Assembly: GCA_964398485.1 (NCBI GenBank)
Contig: CAYNMD010000002.1
Coordinates: 7,956-71,955, forward strand
Source of the DNA: an uncultured Bdellovibrionales bacterium
GTDB lineage: Bacteria > Patescibacteriota > Minisyncoccia > Moranbacterales > UBA1568
Direction of reading: 5' to 3'
DNA: 64,000 nt
Part shown: positions 29,595 through 38,600 of the stretch, one piece after another
How the letters are laid out: each line of letters opens with the position of its first letter
Position numbering within the stretch: position 1 is the first letter of the stretch
The notes under the pieces: model-generated
Database searches by the model: none
Told to the model about the DNA's origin: nothing
What the model saw: only the letters and a program-made list of their open reading frames with translations
Program-made: the position numbers and the translations under genes

Positions 29595-31026
29595 AGGTAA
29601 AAAAAGACTTTCGACTGTACCATACCCCGATGGCTAGGACAAGCCCCCAACACCAGAGAAAATACTCATTCGGATATACCCCCTCAAGGGTGGCCCAAGA
29701 AAATTTAGCCAGAAACTCAGCTATCCCCAACACCACCATTAGGAAAAGCCACGTTGGGAATAAGAAAAGTGGAGCAAAAAATGGGACTAGCGAACCAATA
29801 CACACGAGGAGAATGCCTGAGAGCATGGCCGCTGGAATAAGCGGGAGAACGAGAGTGTTCGCAATCGGACTAATGAGACTAATAGTTCCAAAATGAAAGG
29901 CAAGAATTGGATCCACAAATAAGCCAATAACTGCCGTTGAAAGCGGGAGAGTTATGAACGATTGCCATCGCTTCAATCGATGAAGGAATATTTCTATCCA
30001 AGGCACTGCCACTGCGAGAGCAAGCGTCGCCATCAAGGAGAGTTGAAAACCAACATCATAGCGCACCATCAGCGGATTGGCTATCGCCATTCCCACACCC
30101 GCTAACACTAATCCATGAAGCATCTGGTTTGGCCGTCCCAAAAAATAAGCGGCCGTAACTATCCCCGTCATAAGTGCTGCTCGCAAAGAAGCCGCTGAAA
30201 TATCTATGAGACAAAGAAACATAGCAATGCCCAAAAGTGCAATCACCACAGCTGTCTTTCGCCAAAAACCAACCAAGAGAGCGAGCATCAGAAAGGCCGA
30301 TGCTACCAAAGTCATGTTGTATCCGGAGACAGCCACCACATGAGAAATCCCTGCCCGACGAAAATCATCACTGAGAGAAGAAGGTAAGGTATGATCACCA
30401 CCAAGGAGCAGGCCCTGAAGGAGACCACTCGCTGGTTCTGGAAGAAATTTTTTTATCTCCTGACGAACTGATGATTGCCAAAGAAAAAGTCTAGCACGCC
30501 AAACTGATACCTGAAAAACTCCCTCTTGTATAACAGCAGTGTCACAGACATAGACAATATTACGCGTTACCAAAAAACGAGCATAATCAAAATGAACATC
30601 AAAATTTTTTGGCCGCTTGAGAAGACATTCCAGGTGAATGCTCTCTCCTGGAACTATTTCTAGAGTGCGCGAAGCCCGCACTAAAATGTCTCCTCCAACC
30701 GACTCGCCTATTGGTCTGACCTGAAGCGGAAGGTACCATCCTCGAGCAGGTTCTACTTTCACTACTAAAACCGTACGATTAAAAGATACTTCTTGAGGAA
30801 GCTCATCGACATGAGTAAGGGTTCTGAGAGCAAATTCATACCCACCAGCCAATGCCAAAGCAACGAGTACAACTCGAATCGTAAAAGAAGGCCCTATCAT
30901 ACGGAGACCCGCAATACCGACAGCGAAAAAAATGAGGAGAATTGACCACAGAGTTTCTCTAGGGGTATTCACAAGAAGACACCCCAAGAGATAGCCTGTA
31001 CCAACCAACAAAAAATAAGCGCTCAT
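29557..31026 (-). CDS. comEC: ComEC/Rec2 competence membrane channel domain protein (split comEC, 5' part)
   Basis: 489 aa polytopic membrane protein with the competence-domain profile. Ends 38 nt into the MBL-domain ORF. Confidence 0.7.
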   Translation of the reverse strand: MSAYFLLVGTGYLLGCLLVNTPRETLWSILLIFFAVGIAGLRMIGPSFTIRVVLVALALAGGYEFALRTLTHVDELPQEVSFNRTVLVVKVEPARGWYLPLQVRPIGESVGGDILVRASRTLEIVPGESIHLECLLKRPKNFDVHFDYARFLVTRNIVYVCDTAVIQEGVFQVSVWRARLFLWQSSVRQEIKKFLPEPASGLLQGLLLGGDHTLPSSLSDDFRRAGISHVVAVSGYNMTLVASAFLMLALLVGFWRKTAVVIALLGIAMFLCLIDISAASLRAALMTGIVTAAYFLGRPNQMLHGLVLAGVGMAIANPLMVRYDVGFQLSLMATLALAVAVPWIEIFLHRLKRWQSFITLPLSTAVIGLFVDPILAFHFGTISLISPIANTLVLPLIPAAMLSGILLVCIGSLVPFFAPLFLFPTWLFLMVVLGIAEFLAKFSWATLEGVYPNEYFLWCWGLVLAIGVWYSRKSFFTYVLRLDYSRSSR

Positions 31027-31100
31027 TGCTCTCTATCTCGAATTAGCTACACAAATCACTCTCTCGCAATGAGTTTTGTTTTGGTGAAGTGACGAAAAAA

Positions 31101-31556
31101 TTAATCTTCGTCAAATTTTTCGAGCACTCGACGAAATCCACGGGCACTACCAAATGACTGATAAACACTCGCAAAACGGATATAGGCCACCTCATCAATA
31201 TCTTTGAGTTTCTGGAGTACGATGGTGCCAATATCACGACTTTTGATCGTATTTTTTTTGGCCCGCTCAGCAATGGTGTACTCGATAGAGCCAAGAAGTC
31301 GTTCGAGCTCTGCCTCTCCGAAAGGACGCTTTTCGAAAGCCTTACGGATACCTGCTTCAATTTTTCTCCGTTCATAAGGTTCGTGACGGCCATCCTTCTT
31401 TTCTACCCGCACCCGAAAGAGTTCCGCCTGTTCATAGGTAGAAAAACGAGCCTGGCACTCTTGGCACTCTCGCCGACGCCTCACTGCCCTTCCCTCGAGC
31501 GTTTGGCGGGAATCAGTTACAACGGTATCGTCATGGTTACAGAATGGACAGCGCAT
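31101..31556 (-). CDS. nrdR: transcriptional repressor NrdR
   Basis: MRCPFCNHDDTVVTDSR...ECQECQARF Zn ribbon plus ATP-cone; 151 aa. Confidence 0.9.
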   Translation of the reverse strand: MRCPFCNHDDTVVTDSRQTLEGRAVRRRRECQECQARFSTYEQAELFRVRVEKKDGRHEPYERRKIEAGIRKAFEKRPFGEAELERLLGSIEYTIAERAKKNTIKSRDIGTIVLQKLKDIDEVAYIRFASVYQSFGSARGFRRVLEKFDED

Positions 31557-31619
31557 AGATGTTGACCTCTACTCTAGCAAAAGTAGTCAAAAAGGAAAGT
31601 CCCCCTGGATCAGCCATAA

Positions 31620-34070
31620 TTAGGCTGGAATATCTGCCTCAGTAAAAGTAACTACTGCTCCATCAGTCAGATTCCCCTCAAGGAGGCGTTTGACGGTAGC
31701 ATCTTCTACCATGTCGGCGATGTACCGATTAATAGAACGGGCACCGAACTCTGGTTTATAACCACGCTCGATAATTGTCCGAATAGCTCCCGGAGTAAAA
31801 TTCATGGTAATCTTTTTTTCTCGGTAGAGCTTCGCTGTGAACGCCTCCAATTTTAGTTTGGTCACTTCTTCCATTTCCTCATTGGTAAGCGACTGAAACA
31901 AAATAACTCCATCAAAACGATTGAGAAATTCTGGGCGAAACAATCCCTCAGCAATAATCTTATCAATAAGCTCATCTTCAATATCAGAAAGCGACTGGCC
32001 ATGTGAAGTCATCTCATGAATAAAACTTGCTCCAGCATTGGAGGTGGCAATAACAATCGTATTTCTGAAATTAACTCTGTGACCAAATCCATCAGTAACA
32101 AAACCCTCATCGAGAATCTGAAGGAAAAGGTCAAGCGCTCTCGGATAAGCCTTTTCGAGCTCATCGAGCAGCAAGATAGAATACGGATGCTCTTGGATAA
32201 GAGTCGTCATCCGACCTTTGACATTGAGCTCGGCTGAGCCGATAAGTTCAGCTATAGACTGAGGCGTCTGAAACTCACTCATATCAAGCCGTACCATCCG
32301 CTCCTCATCACCAAAGTATACGGCCGCAAGTGTCTTGGCAGTCTCCGTTTTTCCTACCCCTGTCGGACCCAGAAAGAGAAAGGAACCAATTGGCTTCTTG
32401 TCATTTCCAAGACCAGCTCGCACCTTGCGAAAAGCTTCAGCTATTTGTTTAATGGCTTCTTTTTGACCAATAACTCGTTCATGCAAAAGTGTCTCGAGGT
32501 TGAGAAGCTTCTCTTTCTCTTCTTGTGTCGCCTCACCCATAGGGATACCTGATTTCGCTTCGAGAAAGTCCTCCACAGTCGCATGAGTAATAAACGGGAG
32601 ATCCGGATGTTTCTCCCAATACACGAGCACCTCTTGGGCCAAATCGATAGCTCGCTCAGGAAATGGTCGCTCCCAATTGTAGCGCTCTGCTGAATCATAA
32701 ATTTTGTGAAGCGCCTGAATGGTAAAAACGGGACGCTTAGACTCAAGCGATCGAAAAATATCAAGCAAAATAGACAGTACTGCTTCCTGGTTAGGCTCTG
32801 GTACCTGAATAGCTTCAAAATACTTGAGTGCTGGAATTTGATGCTGGCCAATCGTGTGATAGGCCTCACTTGTCATAAGTCCAATAATACGACAGGTCGG
32901 ATAGGGCAAATATTCGTGCAATACCTCGGCCATCGCGAGATCACTCGTTGGATCGAGATACAGTTCAATGTTTTCGATAACCAAAATGACGTTCCCGGCA
33001 TACACCGCCTGATTGAGAGCGTCACGCAAGAGACTCTTGGGATCAATTCCCTGACTCCGACCATCGGAAATAAGTTGCCCGAGATCGAAAAAAACAATTC
33101 TCGCATCACCAATAGCCTGGTCAGCGTATGTATTTTCCCGAATTTGTTTGGCCAGAATATGAATCAGTGAGCGTTTCCCAATACCAGGATCTCCTATAAG
33201 AATGGCGCTGCTTTCTGTTGGTCGACTGAGTGTGAGAGCCAGCATCTCCAAGAGAGATTCACGGCCAATCGATTCATGATCACGATAATTCGAAAAGTCC
33301 CCTTCGGAGAGATCGGTCACATACCGATCAAGGTGAGGGGTATAGGCATATTTCCAGTGTTTCCCAATACGTGGAGCACGCCTCAGGTGAGACCAATCCC
33401 AAAAACGTTTTTCTTCTTGAATCTTTTGATAACGTTCCCCTTCCAATTTCCAGGCCTCATCATACAGAGTAGGATCAATGTTCTGTTCCAGAAGAAAAGC
33501 TTCTCGAGCTTCTTTGGATCGAAAGAGTTCGGAAGAAAAACTTTTGGGATGAAGTCCAAGCCGCATAACAACCCGTTCTCGCCACGGCGCTCGTTCTGGG
33601 GTGAGGGTATAGTCTGTGTGCCGCCGCGTATGATCACGCCAGCCAAAGAGTGCGGTGATAACTATAGACAAAGAAAATGTAAACAAAATACCACCCGTGA
33701 TTGGTCCAAATTTCATCCCTAATACAAATGCTCCACCCAAAACTAAGAGAGGTGCTATCACCGCAACGCTCGCTAAAAATACCGCCACCATCAAAGTAAA
33801 AAGTACCAATATGAGACCAGTTACTACGACTATGGAACGGACGATGCTCCCCAAGAGACGGACCACGAGATTATTGGTGAACGCTTCCAGCCACAACACC
33901 GGATGGAATCCTCGCCAGGTGTCATGACTCACGTCTCGCTTCCACGGTGAAAAAAGAGTCAGTAAGAGCTCGAAAATATTGAACCGATGTGCGGTATAAC
34001 GGACAGCATTACCAGCGATCCGAAAAATACCCACAATACCAGTTGTGTAGTACCACAGAAAAAAATGCAT
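31620..34070 (-). CDS. ClpB/ClpC-family two-domain AAA+ ATPase with N-terminal transmembrane segment and degenerate D1
   Basis: D2 is canonical ClpB-like (GPTGVGKTETAK; ILLLDELEKAYPRALDLFLQILDEG...FRNTIVIATSN). D1 Walker A reads GDPGIGKRS and Walker B VIENIE, both degenerate. The N-terminal 150 aa are hydrophobic (several TM helices). The track ORF runs to 34244; the likely start is MHFFLWYY at 34070. Confidence 0.7.
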   Translation of the reverse strand: MHFFLWYYTTGIVGIFRIAGNAVRYTAHRFNIFELLLTLFSPWKRDVSHDTWRGFHPVLWLEAFTNNLVVRLLGSIVRSIVVVTGLILVLFTLMVAVFLASVAVIAPLLVLGGAFVLGMKFGPITGGILFTFSLSIVITALFGWRDHTRRHTDYTLTPERAPWRERVVMRLGLHPKSFSSELFRSKEAREAFLLEQNIDPTLYDEAWKLEGERYQKIQEEKRFWDWSHLRRAPRIGKHWKYAYTPHLDRYVTDLSEGDFSNYRDHESIGRESLLEMLALTLSRPTESSAILIGDPGIGKRSLIHILAKQIRENTYADQAIGDARIVFFDLGQLISDGRSQGIDPKSLLRDALNQAVYAGNVILVIENIELYLDPTSDLAMAEVLHEYLPYPTCRIIGLMTSEAYHTIGQHQIPALKYFEAIQVPEPNQEAVLSILLDIFRSLESKRPVFTIQALHKIYDSAERYNWERPFPERAIDLAQEVLVYWEKHPDLPFITHATVEDFLEAKSGIPMGEATQEEKEKLLNLETLLHERVIGQKEAIKQIAEAFRKVRAGLGNDKKPIGSFLFLGPTGVGKTETAKTLAAVYFGDEERMVRLDMSEFQTPQSIAELIGSAELNVKGRMTTLIQEHPYSILLLDELEKAYPRALDLFLQILDEGFVTDGFGHRVNFRNTIVIATSNAGASFIHEMTSHGQSLSDIEDELIDKIIAEGLFRPEFLNRFDGVILFQSLTNEEMEEVTKLKLEAFTAKLYREKKITMNFTPGAIRTIIERGYKPEFGARSINRYIADMVEDATVKRLLEGNLTDGAVVTFTEADIPA

Positions 34071-34209
34071 GGGTGTTGATATGTCTTTGTTCTCATTGTA
34101 CCGCCCGGCCCCTCTTTGGGGAAGCATATCGAAAAAATTCTCATACGTTTTCTTTATAAAAAATCTTGCCGGAGGCCCTCGCGTAGAGAACCCCCGGCAT
34201 AAACACCAC

Positions 34210-35229
34210 TCAGGCAGCTGCCTGAAAAAGTGGCATCTTTTCAAGTATCGGGATCATACGACCCATGTCGCCTCCCCGACGATAGCGCAAGTCATCCAGC
34301 TGCCACACTCCATCCTCTCTCGATGGCAGGGTTTGGATCGCTCCATCACAGTCGTTGTAGACCGGACAGAGCTTTGGCATAGCCGTCACCTTGTAGCACC
34401 GAGTACAGCTCTGATTACCCCGGAACCAGATGGCATGCGACAACTCGACGGGAGAGATCCTCAGTCGTTTGACCACTCGGCACAAGAGCTTCCGAATGAT
34501 CGACCCCAGCTGCTGGTTTTCGATCACTCCCGTCCCATGCACGATCCCTGTCGAAATCACGAACCGCATGACGTGCACATCGACAGGAAAGGCGTCCTCG
34601 GGCATCTTGATGACCCCACGCTCGGCTAGGTAGAGCGCGTAGAGTGAACTAATCTTGGCCCCAAACCCCGGCAGCGGATCCCCGCTCGGGAATTGATCCT
34701 TGAAAACGAGGATGTCTTCGATGGGAGTTGTGTTCCCCAGCTTGAACATTCGTCGTGGATCGCCCCCAAAGTCATTGAAAAGCGTCTGGGCACAGCGGGG
34801 CCAGTACCGAGCCGAGTCACGAGGACAGCCGACCTTGTATTGACGCAGGATCTGTTCGATCTCTTCTGGAGGGATACCAATCACGACTGGCAAGTAGAGC
34901 TCTGGGTGCTCGTGCCACATGACTGCGTGACTCGCGTATACAGCATCGCTCAACTCACGCCGATCGGTCATGGTGGCAAAGAAGATCCACTGCTGCCAGA
35001 GCCGACTCCCTCCTTTCACACCCTTGGGAATATGCTTCCACTGGACTGCGTCACGCTCTCGGACGATGGGTCCCGAGCGGAAGGCATTGTAGAGACGGGC
35101 CATCACTTCACATGCCCGCTCCTCATCGACCTCGATGTCATAACGAGCAGTTTGATATTTCACGATACCTCCCGATAACAAGAATGGCTGGTGGTAATAC
35201 AGGGAGTTCTCCATGCTTCCACCAGCCAA
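34210..35229 (-). CDS. HhH-GPD superfamily DNA-glycosylase-like protein with C-terminal four-Cys (putative Fe-S) cluster
   Basis: LPGFGAKISSLYALYL (helix-hairpin-helix) followed by PVDVHVMRFV (Endo III-like catalytic Asp context) and C-x2-C-x9-C-x5-C near the C-terminus. 339 aa with an about 150-aa N-terminal extension. Local GC about 55%. Confidence 0.55.
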   Translation of the reverse strand: MAGGSMENSLYYHQPFLLSGGIVKYQTARYDIEVDEERACEVMARLYNAFRSGPIVRERDAVQWKHIPKGVKGGSRLWQQWIFFATMTDRRELSDAVYASHAVMWHEHPELYLPVVIGIPPEEIEQILRQYKVGCPRDSARYWPRCAQTLFNDFGGDPRRMFKLGNTTPIEDILVFKDQFPSGDPLPGFGAKISSLYALYLAERGVIKMPEDAFPVDVHVMRFVISTGIVHGTGVIENQQLGSIIRKLLCRVVKRLRISPVELSHAIWFRGNQSCTRCYKVTAMPKLCPVYNDCDGAIQTLPSREDGVWQLDDLRYRRGGDMGRMIPILEKMPLFQAAA

Positions 35230-35265
35230 TTCACACGCAGTACACTCGTGCCAATGTTGACAAAC

Positions 35266-36366
35266 CTATCGCCCAGCAACTCGACTGACCGCTTGCCTCG
35301 CCTGCATTGCGCCCCGTGCCCCTCGCAAACCATCGACGATCTGTGGCGCCAGCTGACTAGCCACGTCGAGCGTCCGGGTAACGGCTGCAGCAGCTGCCCC
35401 ACTCGCCACTCGTTCCACACCACCCTCGGTATGCAGACGAGCAACGATACGAAGTTGTTGTTCACCTGCTCGAACGGTTGTTTCAAGCTCCTTCGCAGCT
35501 GATTGTTTTGCACCATCAAGAGCATCTTGAATGGAAAGGTCGAACATCTCACCTTGCCCTTGTAGGACACAGATTTGTTCGCTTACCCAGGCAGCAGCCC
35601 GTTTAGCCGTCTTGTACTGAGTGACAAGCACATAGGCGAGATGCATCAACTCTGCCTCATCAAACGGCTTCTCTGCTTCGATCCGTGCCTCTTGGAGGCG
35701 AGCCAGTTCACAAAGCAGTGCGTAGGCAATTCCCTTCTTGAACTGATTGTTGGGTAACACCAACTCTTGGATTCGAACTGGCAATGCCGTAAAACGGATC
35801 GAGCGGCGCACTGCTTCCGGCTTTTTTCCGAGGCTGCGAGCAAACCTAGCAAGAGGCATTTCTGGATTCTTCTTTTTGGCCTCACGCCAGAAGAGCGTGA
35901 TGAAGCGCGCCTCTTCGTCCGGCGGTACCTCCTCATGGACATTCTCGTGATACTGCATGAGGAGCGCTTGCGAGAACGAGCTTTCGAAGTGCAGCCTGGC
36001 ATAGAAGGTATCCAGACCGACAAGCTCCACTGCCTTGAAACGGCGGTGGCCAGCTACGAGGAAAAGATGAAATTCTTCACCCTGTTCCTGGATATAGGTT
36101 GGAATAAACTGCCGGAGTTGATAGTTCGTCCCCCACATCGTGTTGATGTTCTGGATGTAACTAAGCGCAGCCCTTCGCTTAAGTGCTACGACGAGCCCAG
36201 GTGTATGTTGACCCATCGCACTGATACTGTCCGCAAGCTCATTCAAGCCATTCTGCGACATAGTTCGGCGCATCTGATGTAGTACGCCAATACACGTTCG
36301 TGGCAGATTTACGTCATATGTCCCCTTTGGAGGACGCGCAGCCATCTTCTTCAGACTGATTTCCAT
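35266..36366 (-). CDS. orphan ParB/Spo0J/Noc-family protein (ParB N-domain with GHRRF box plus HTH)
   Basis: LNELADSISAMGQHTPGLVV...FHLFLVAGHRRFKAVELVGL (ParB box GxRRxxA, with E replaced by H), then ALLMQYHENVHEEVPPDEEARFITLF...ARSLGKKPEAVRRSIRFTALPVRIQELV (HTH region aligning to Spo0J). Ala/Gly-rich C-terminus. No parA nearby. Confidence 0.65.
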   Translation of the reverse strand: MEISLKKMAARPPKGTYDVNLPRTCIGVLHQMRRTMSQNGLNELADSISAMGQHTPGLVVALKRRAALSYIQNINTMWGTNYQLRQFIPTYIQEQGEEFHLFLVAGHRRFKAVELVGLDTFYARLHFESSFSQALLMQYHENVHEEVPPDEEARFITLFWREAKKKNPEMPLARFARSLGKKPEAVRRSIRFTALPVRIQELVLPNNQFKKGIAYALLCELARLQEARIEAEKPFDEAELMHLAYVLVTQYKTAKRAAAWVSEQICVLQGQGEMFDLSIQDALDGAKQSAAKELETTVRAGEQQLRIVARLHTEGGVERVASGAAAAAVTRTLDVASQLAPQIVDGLRGARGAMQARQAVSRVAGR

Positions 36367-36469
36367 GATACCCTCCTTGGACCTGAAAAAATTGTTAAGA
36401 CAACGATGGTTTACTGTAGCAAGAAAAATGGGCGTCGAAAATATTGCCCATTAGTCTTATTTATTGCAT

Positions 36470-36505
36470 AAAAAAAGCGCCGTCCAAGAACAATGCCTGG
36501 ACGGC
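36470..36505 (-). terminator. Rho-independent terminator after the CheY-like gene
   Basis: Minus strand: GCCGUCCA-11 nt loop-UGGACGGC followed by GCUUUUUUU. Confidence 0.6.
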
Positions 36506-36535
36506 AATTGGGTCGATACCCAGGGAGACGGTCAG

Positions 36536-36991
36536 TTAGTCCCAGGGTTCAGCTTTCCCCGTCAGATACGTAGGGGGAGATCCCTCCAGAATCCCCTGCA
36601 CCTTCTCCTCGAGCGTGGCCTTGTTGAAGGGCTTCACGATGTACCCCGCGGCACCGCTCTGCGCTGCCAGGACGATGTCCTCCTTGCGTGCTTCGGCCGT
36701 AACCATCAAGACCGGCAGATGCCTCAGGCTCTCGTCGGCCTTGATGGCCTTGAGCAGCTCGAAGCCGTTCAGGTTGGGCATGTTGATGTCGGTGATGACG
36801 AGGTGAAAAGGAGCGTTGAGCCGAAGCTTGCTGAGAGCCACCGTACCGTCCTCAGCCTCTTCGACAGTGCCCACCCCCATCTCCCTGAGAAGTCCGCAAA
36901 CGATGCGACGCATCGTGGCGTAGTCCTCAACGACAAGGATTCTGAGACTATTGGTAACAAGGGGGAGTTTCACGAATACCTCCTGCGACAA
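36536..36991 (-). CDS. standalone CheY-like response-regulator receiver domain
   Basis: LRILVVEDY (acidic pocket), ITDINMP (phospho-accepting Asp), MVTAEA (Thr/Ser), YIVKPF (Lys). 151 aa with no output domain. About 58% GC. Confidence 0.75.
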   Translation of the reverse strand: MSQEVFVKLPLVTNSLRILVVEDYATMRRIVCGLLREMGVGTVEEAEDGTVALSKLRLNAPFHLVITDINMPNLNGFELLKAIKADESLRHLPVLMVTAEARKEDIVLAAQSGAAGYIVKPFNKATLEEKVQGILEGSPPTYLTGKAEPWD

Positions 36992-37061
36992 AGAAAGAGC
37001 TGTGTGCTCTTGGTGAAAAATCTGTGTCCGCTTGCGGACAAACTACCCTATCACGCTCATC

Positions 37062-37088
37062 CCCCACCGTCAAACCAAAACCCGAGGG
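37062..37088 (-). terminator. Rho-independent terminator after ftsZ
   Basis: Minus strand: CCCGAGG-UUUC-CCUCGGG followed by UUUUGGUUU. Confidence 0.55.
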
Positions 37089-37123
37089 AAACCTCGGGTC
37101 AGATCACTCACTAAGTTTTACGC

Positions 37124-38371
37124 CTACTTCTTCATCTTGCGACGGATAAAGGCCGGGATTTCGAGGTCCTCTTCCTCCACAATATCTTTGGATTCCTGTC
37201 GGAGAGTAAAGCTCTTGGGCTGAATCTTCTCTTCGATAATCATCGGGGTAGGCTCGATTTTTCTTGTTGGGAAAACAATGTTGTCTTCTGGCTCTTCCTC
37301 AGGGGCTTCGTCACGCTCCTGTGAAATACGGATAGGCGCAGCTGGTGCAGCATTCATCGCCGAGCTTATAGTAGACTTGGCTCGATTGACGAGACCAATG
37401 GGAAGTTCATTCTTGTTGCTATCAAAGCCAGTTGCCACCACGGTAATCTGGACTTCGCCTTTTCGAATCTGTTCGTCCACCACGGCACCAAAGATAACTT
37501 TAGCATTAGGATCGATGGTTTCGGTAATAATCGTAGCAGCCTCATTGATCTCGAGCATGGAGAGGTCAGATGAACCAGAAATATTGAAGAGTACTCCTTT
37601 GGCTCCATCGATAGAGAGTTCAAGCAGCGGACTATTGATTGCTGCCCGAGCCGCTTCGGTAGCACGGTTCTCACCACTTGCTATACCGATACCCATAAGA
37701 GCCGATCCAGAGTCCTGCATAATCGCTCGCACATCAGCAAAGTCGACGTTGACGATACCCGGCTTGGTGATGAGGTCAGAAATACCCTGAACACCTTGGC
37801 GAAGTACATCGTCGACAATGCGGAAAGCACTGATGAGCGTCGTCTTACGATCAATAATAGAAAGAAGTTTGTCGTTGGGAATAGTAATAAGCGTATCGAC
37901 ACGGTCCTTGAGATTATTGAGACTCTCTTCGGCAATGGCGCGACGCTGTGAACCTTCAAAAGCAAATGGGCGAGTCACCACTCCTACGGTGAGGGCACCA
38001 AGTTCCTTGGCCGTTTCAGCCACGATAGGTGCCGCTCCCGAACCCGTACCACCACCGAGGCCACACGTGACAAACACCATATCAGCTCCTTTGAGGACTT
38101 CTTGGATTTCATCACGATTTTCTTCGGCTGCCTGACGACCAATCTCTGGATTCATACCAGCGCCCAGTCCTTTGGTCAAATTTTTTCCAATATGGATTTT
38201 TTCCTGCGCCTTGGAGTGATGGAGAGCCTGCGCATCAGTATTGATCGCCACAAATTCGACACCTTTAATTTTGGCATCGATCATCCGAGAAATAGCGTTA
38301 CCGCCCGATCCTCCAACACCGACGACTTTAATTTTGGCAAAGGTTTCGATGTCGGGTTTGATTTCAGCCAT
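37124..38371 (-). CDS. ftsZ: cell division GTPase FtsZ
   Basis: [10 protein letters not shown] tubulin signature. Start trimmed to [21 protein letters not shown] at 38371. Confidence 0.95.
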   Translation of the reverse strand: MAEIKPDIETFAKIKVVGVGGSGGNAISRMIDAKIKGVEFVAINTDAQALHHSKAQEKIHIGKNLTKGLGAGMNPEIGRQAAEENRDEIQEVLKGADMVFVTCGLGGGTGSGAAPIVAETAKELGALTVGVVTRPFAFEGSQRRAIAEESLNNLKDRVDTLITIPNDKLLSIIDRKTTLISAFRIVDDVLRQGVQGISDLITKPGIVNVDFADVRAIMQDSGSALMGIGIASGENRATEAARAAINSPLLELSIDGAKGVLFNISGSSDLSMLEINEAATIITETIDPNAKVIFGAVVDEQIRKGEVQITVVATGFDSNKNELPIGLVNRAKSTISSAMNAAPAAPIRISQERDEAPEEEPEDNIVFPTRKIEPTPMIIEEKIQPKSFTLRQESKDIVEEEDLEIPAFIRRKMKK

Positions 38372-38600
38372 AAGAGTGCGGCGGAAAGCGTCAATTAGAG
38401 TGTATATAAAGAGTAGGCAAGAAAGCTCATCTCCCGAATCTCTCGAAAGAGATATCTCACCCGCTCGATGAACCACTTTATCATGCGAAGAGAGGCCATG
38501 TCAATCCCGCAAAATTCCACCAGAAAATGGCGAAAAGCGCTAGGGCAAGGGAAAAATCAGCCATAGGAATAGGTGCGGTAACTCTCTTTTCCTCTCTTCT

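Noticed and set aside
31043-31393. 116-aa ORF overlapping nrdR in another frame
   Set aside because: Fully overlapped by the well-supported NrdR frame (Zn ribbon plus ATP cone); alternative-frame artefact.
34213-34226. 14-nt perfect palindrome CAGGCAGCTGCCTG at the stop of the glycosylase-like gene
   Set aside because: Too short, with no loop for a hairpin terminator. It may be coincidental within coding or stop sequence and is only noted as a possible protein-binding site.
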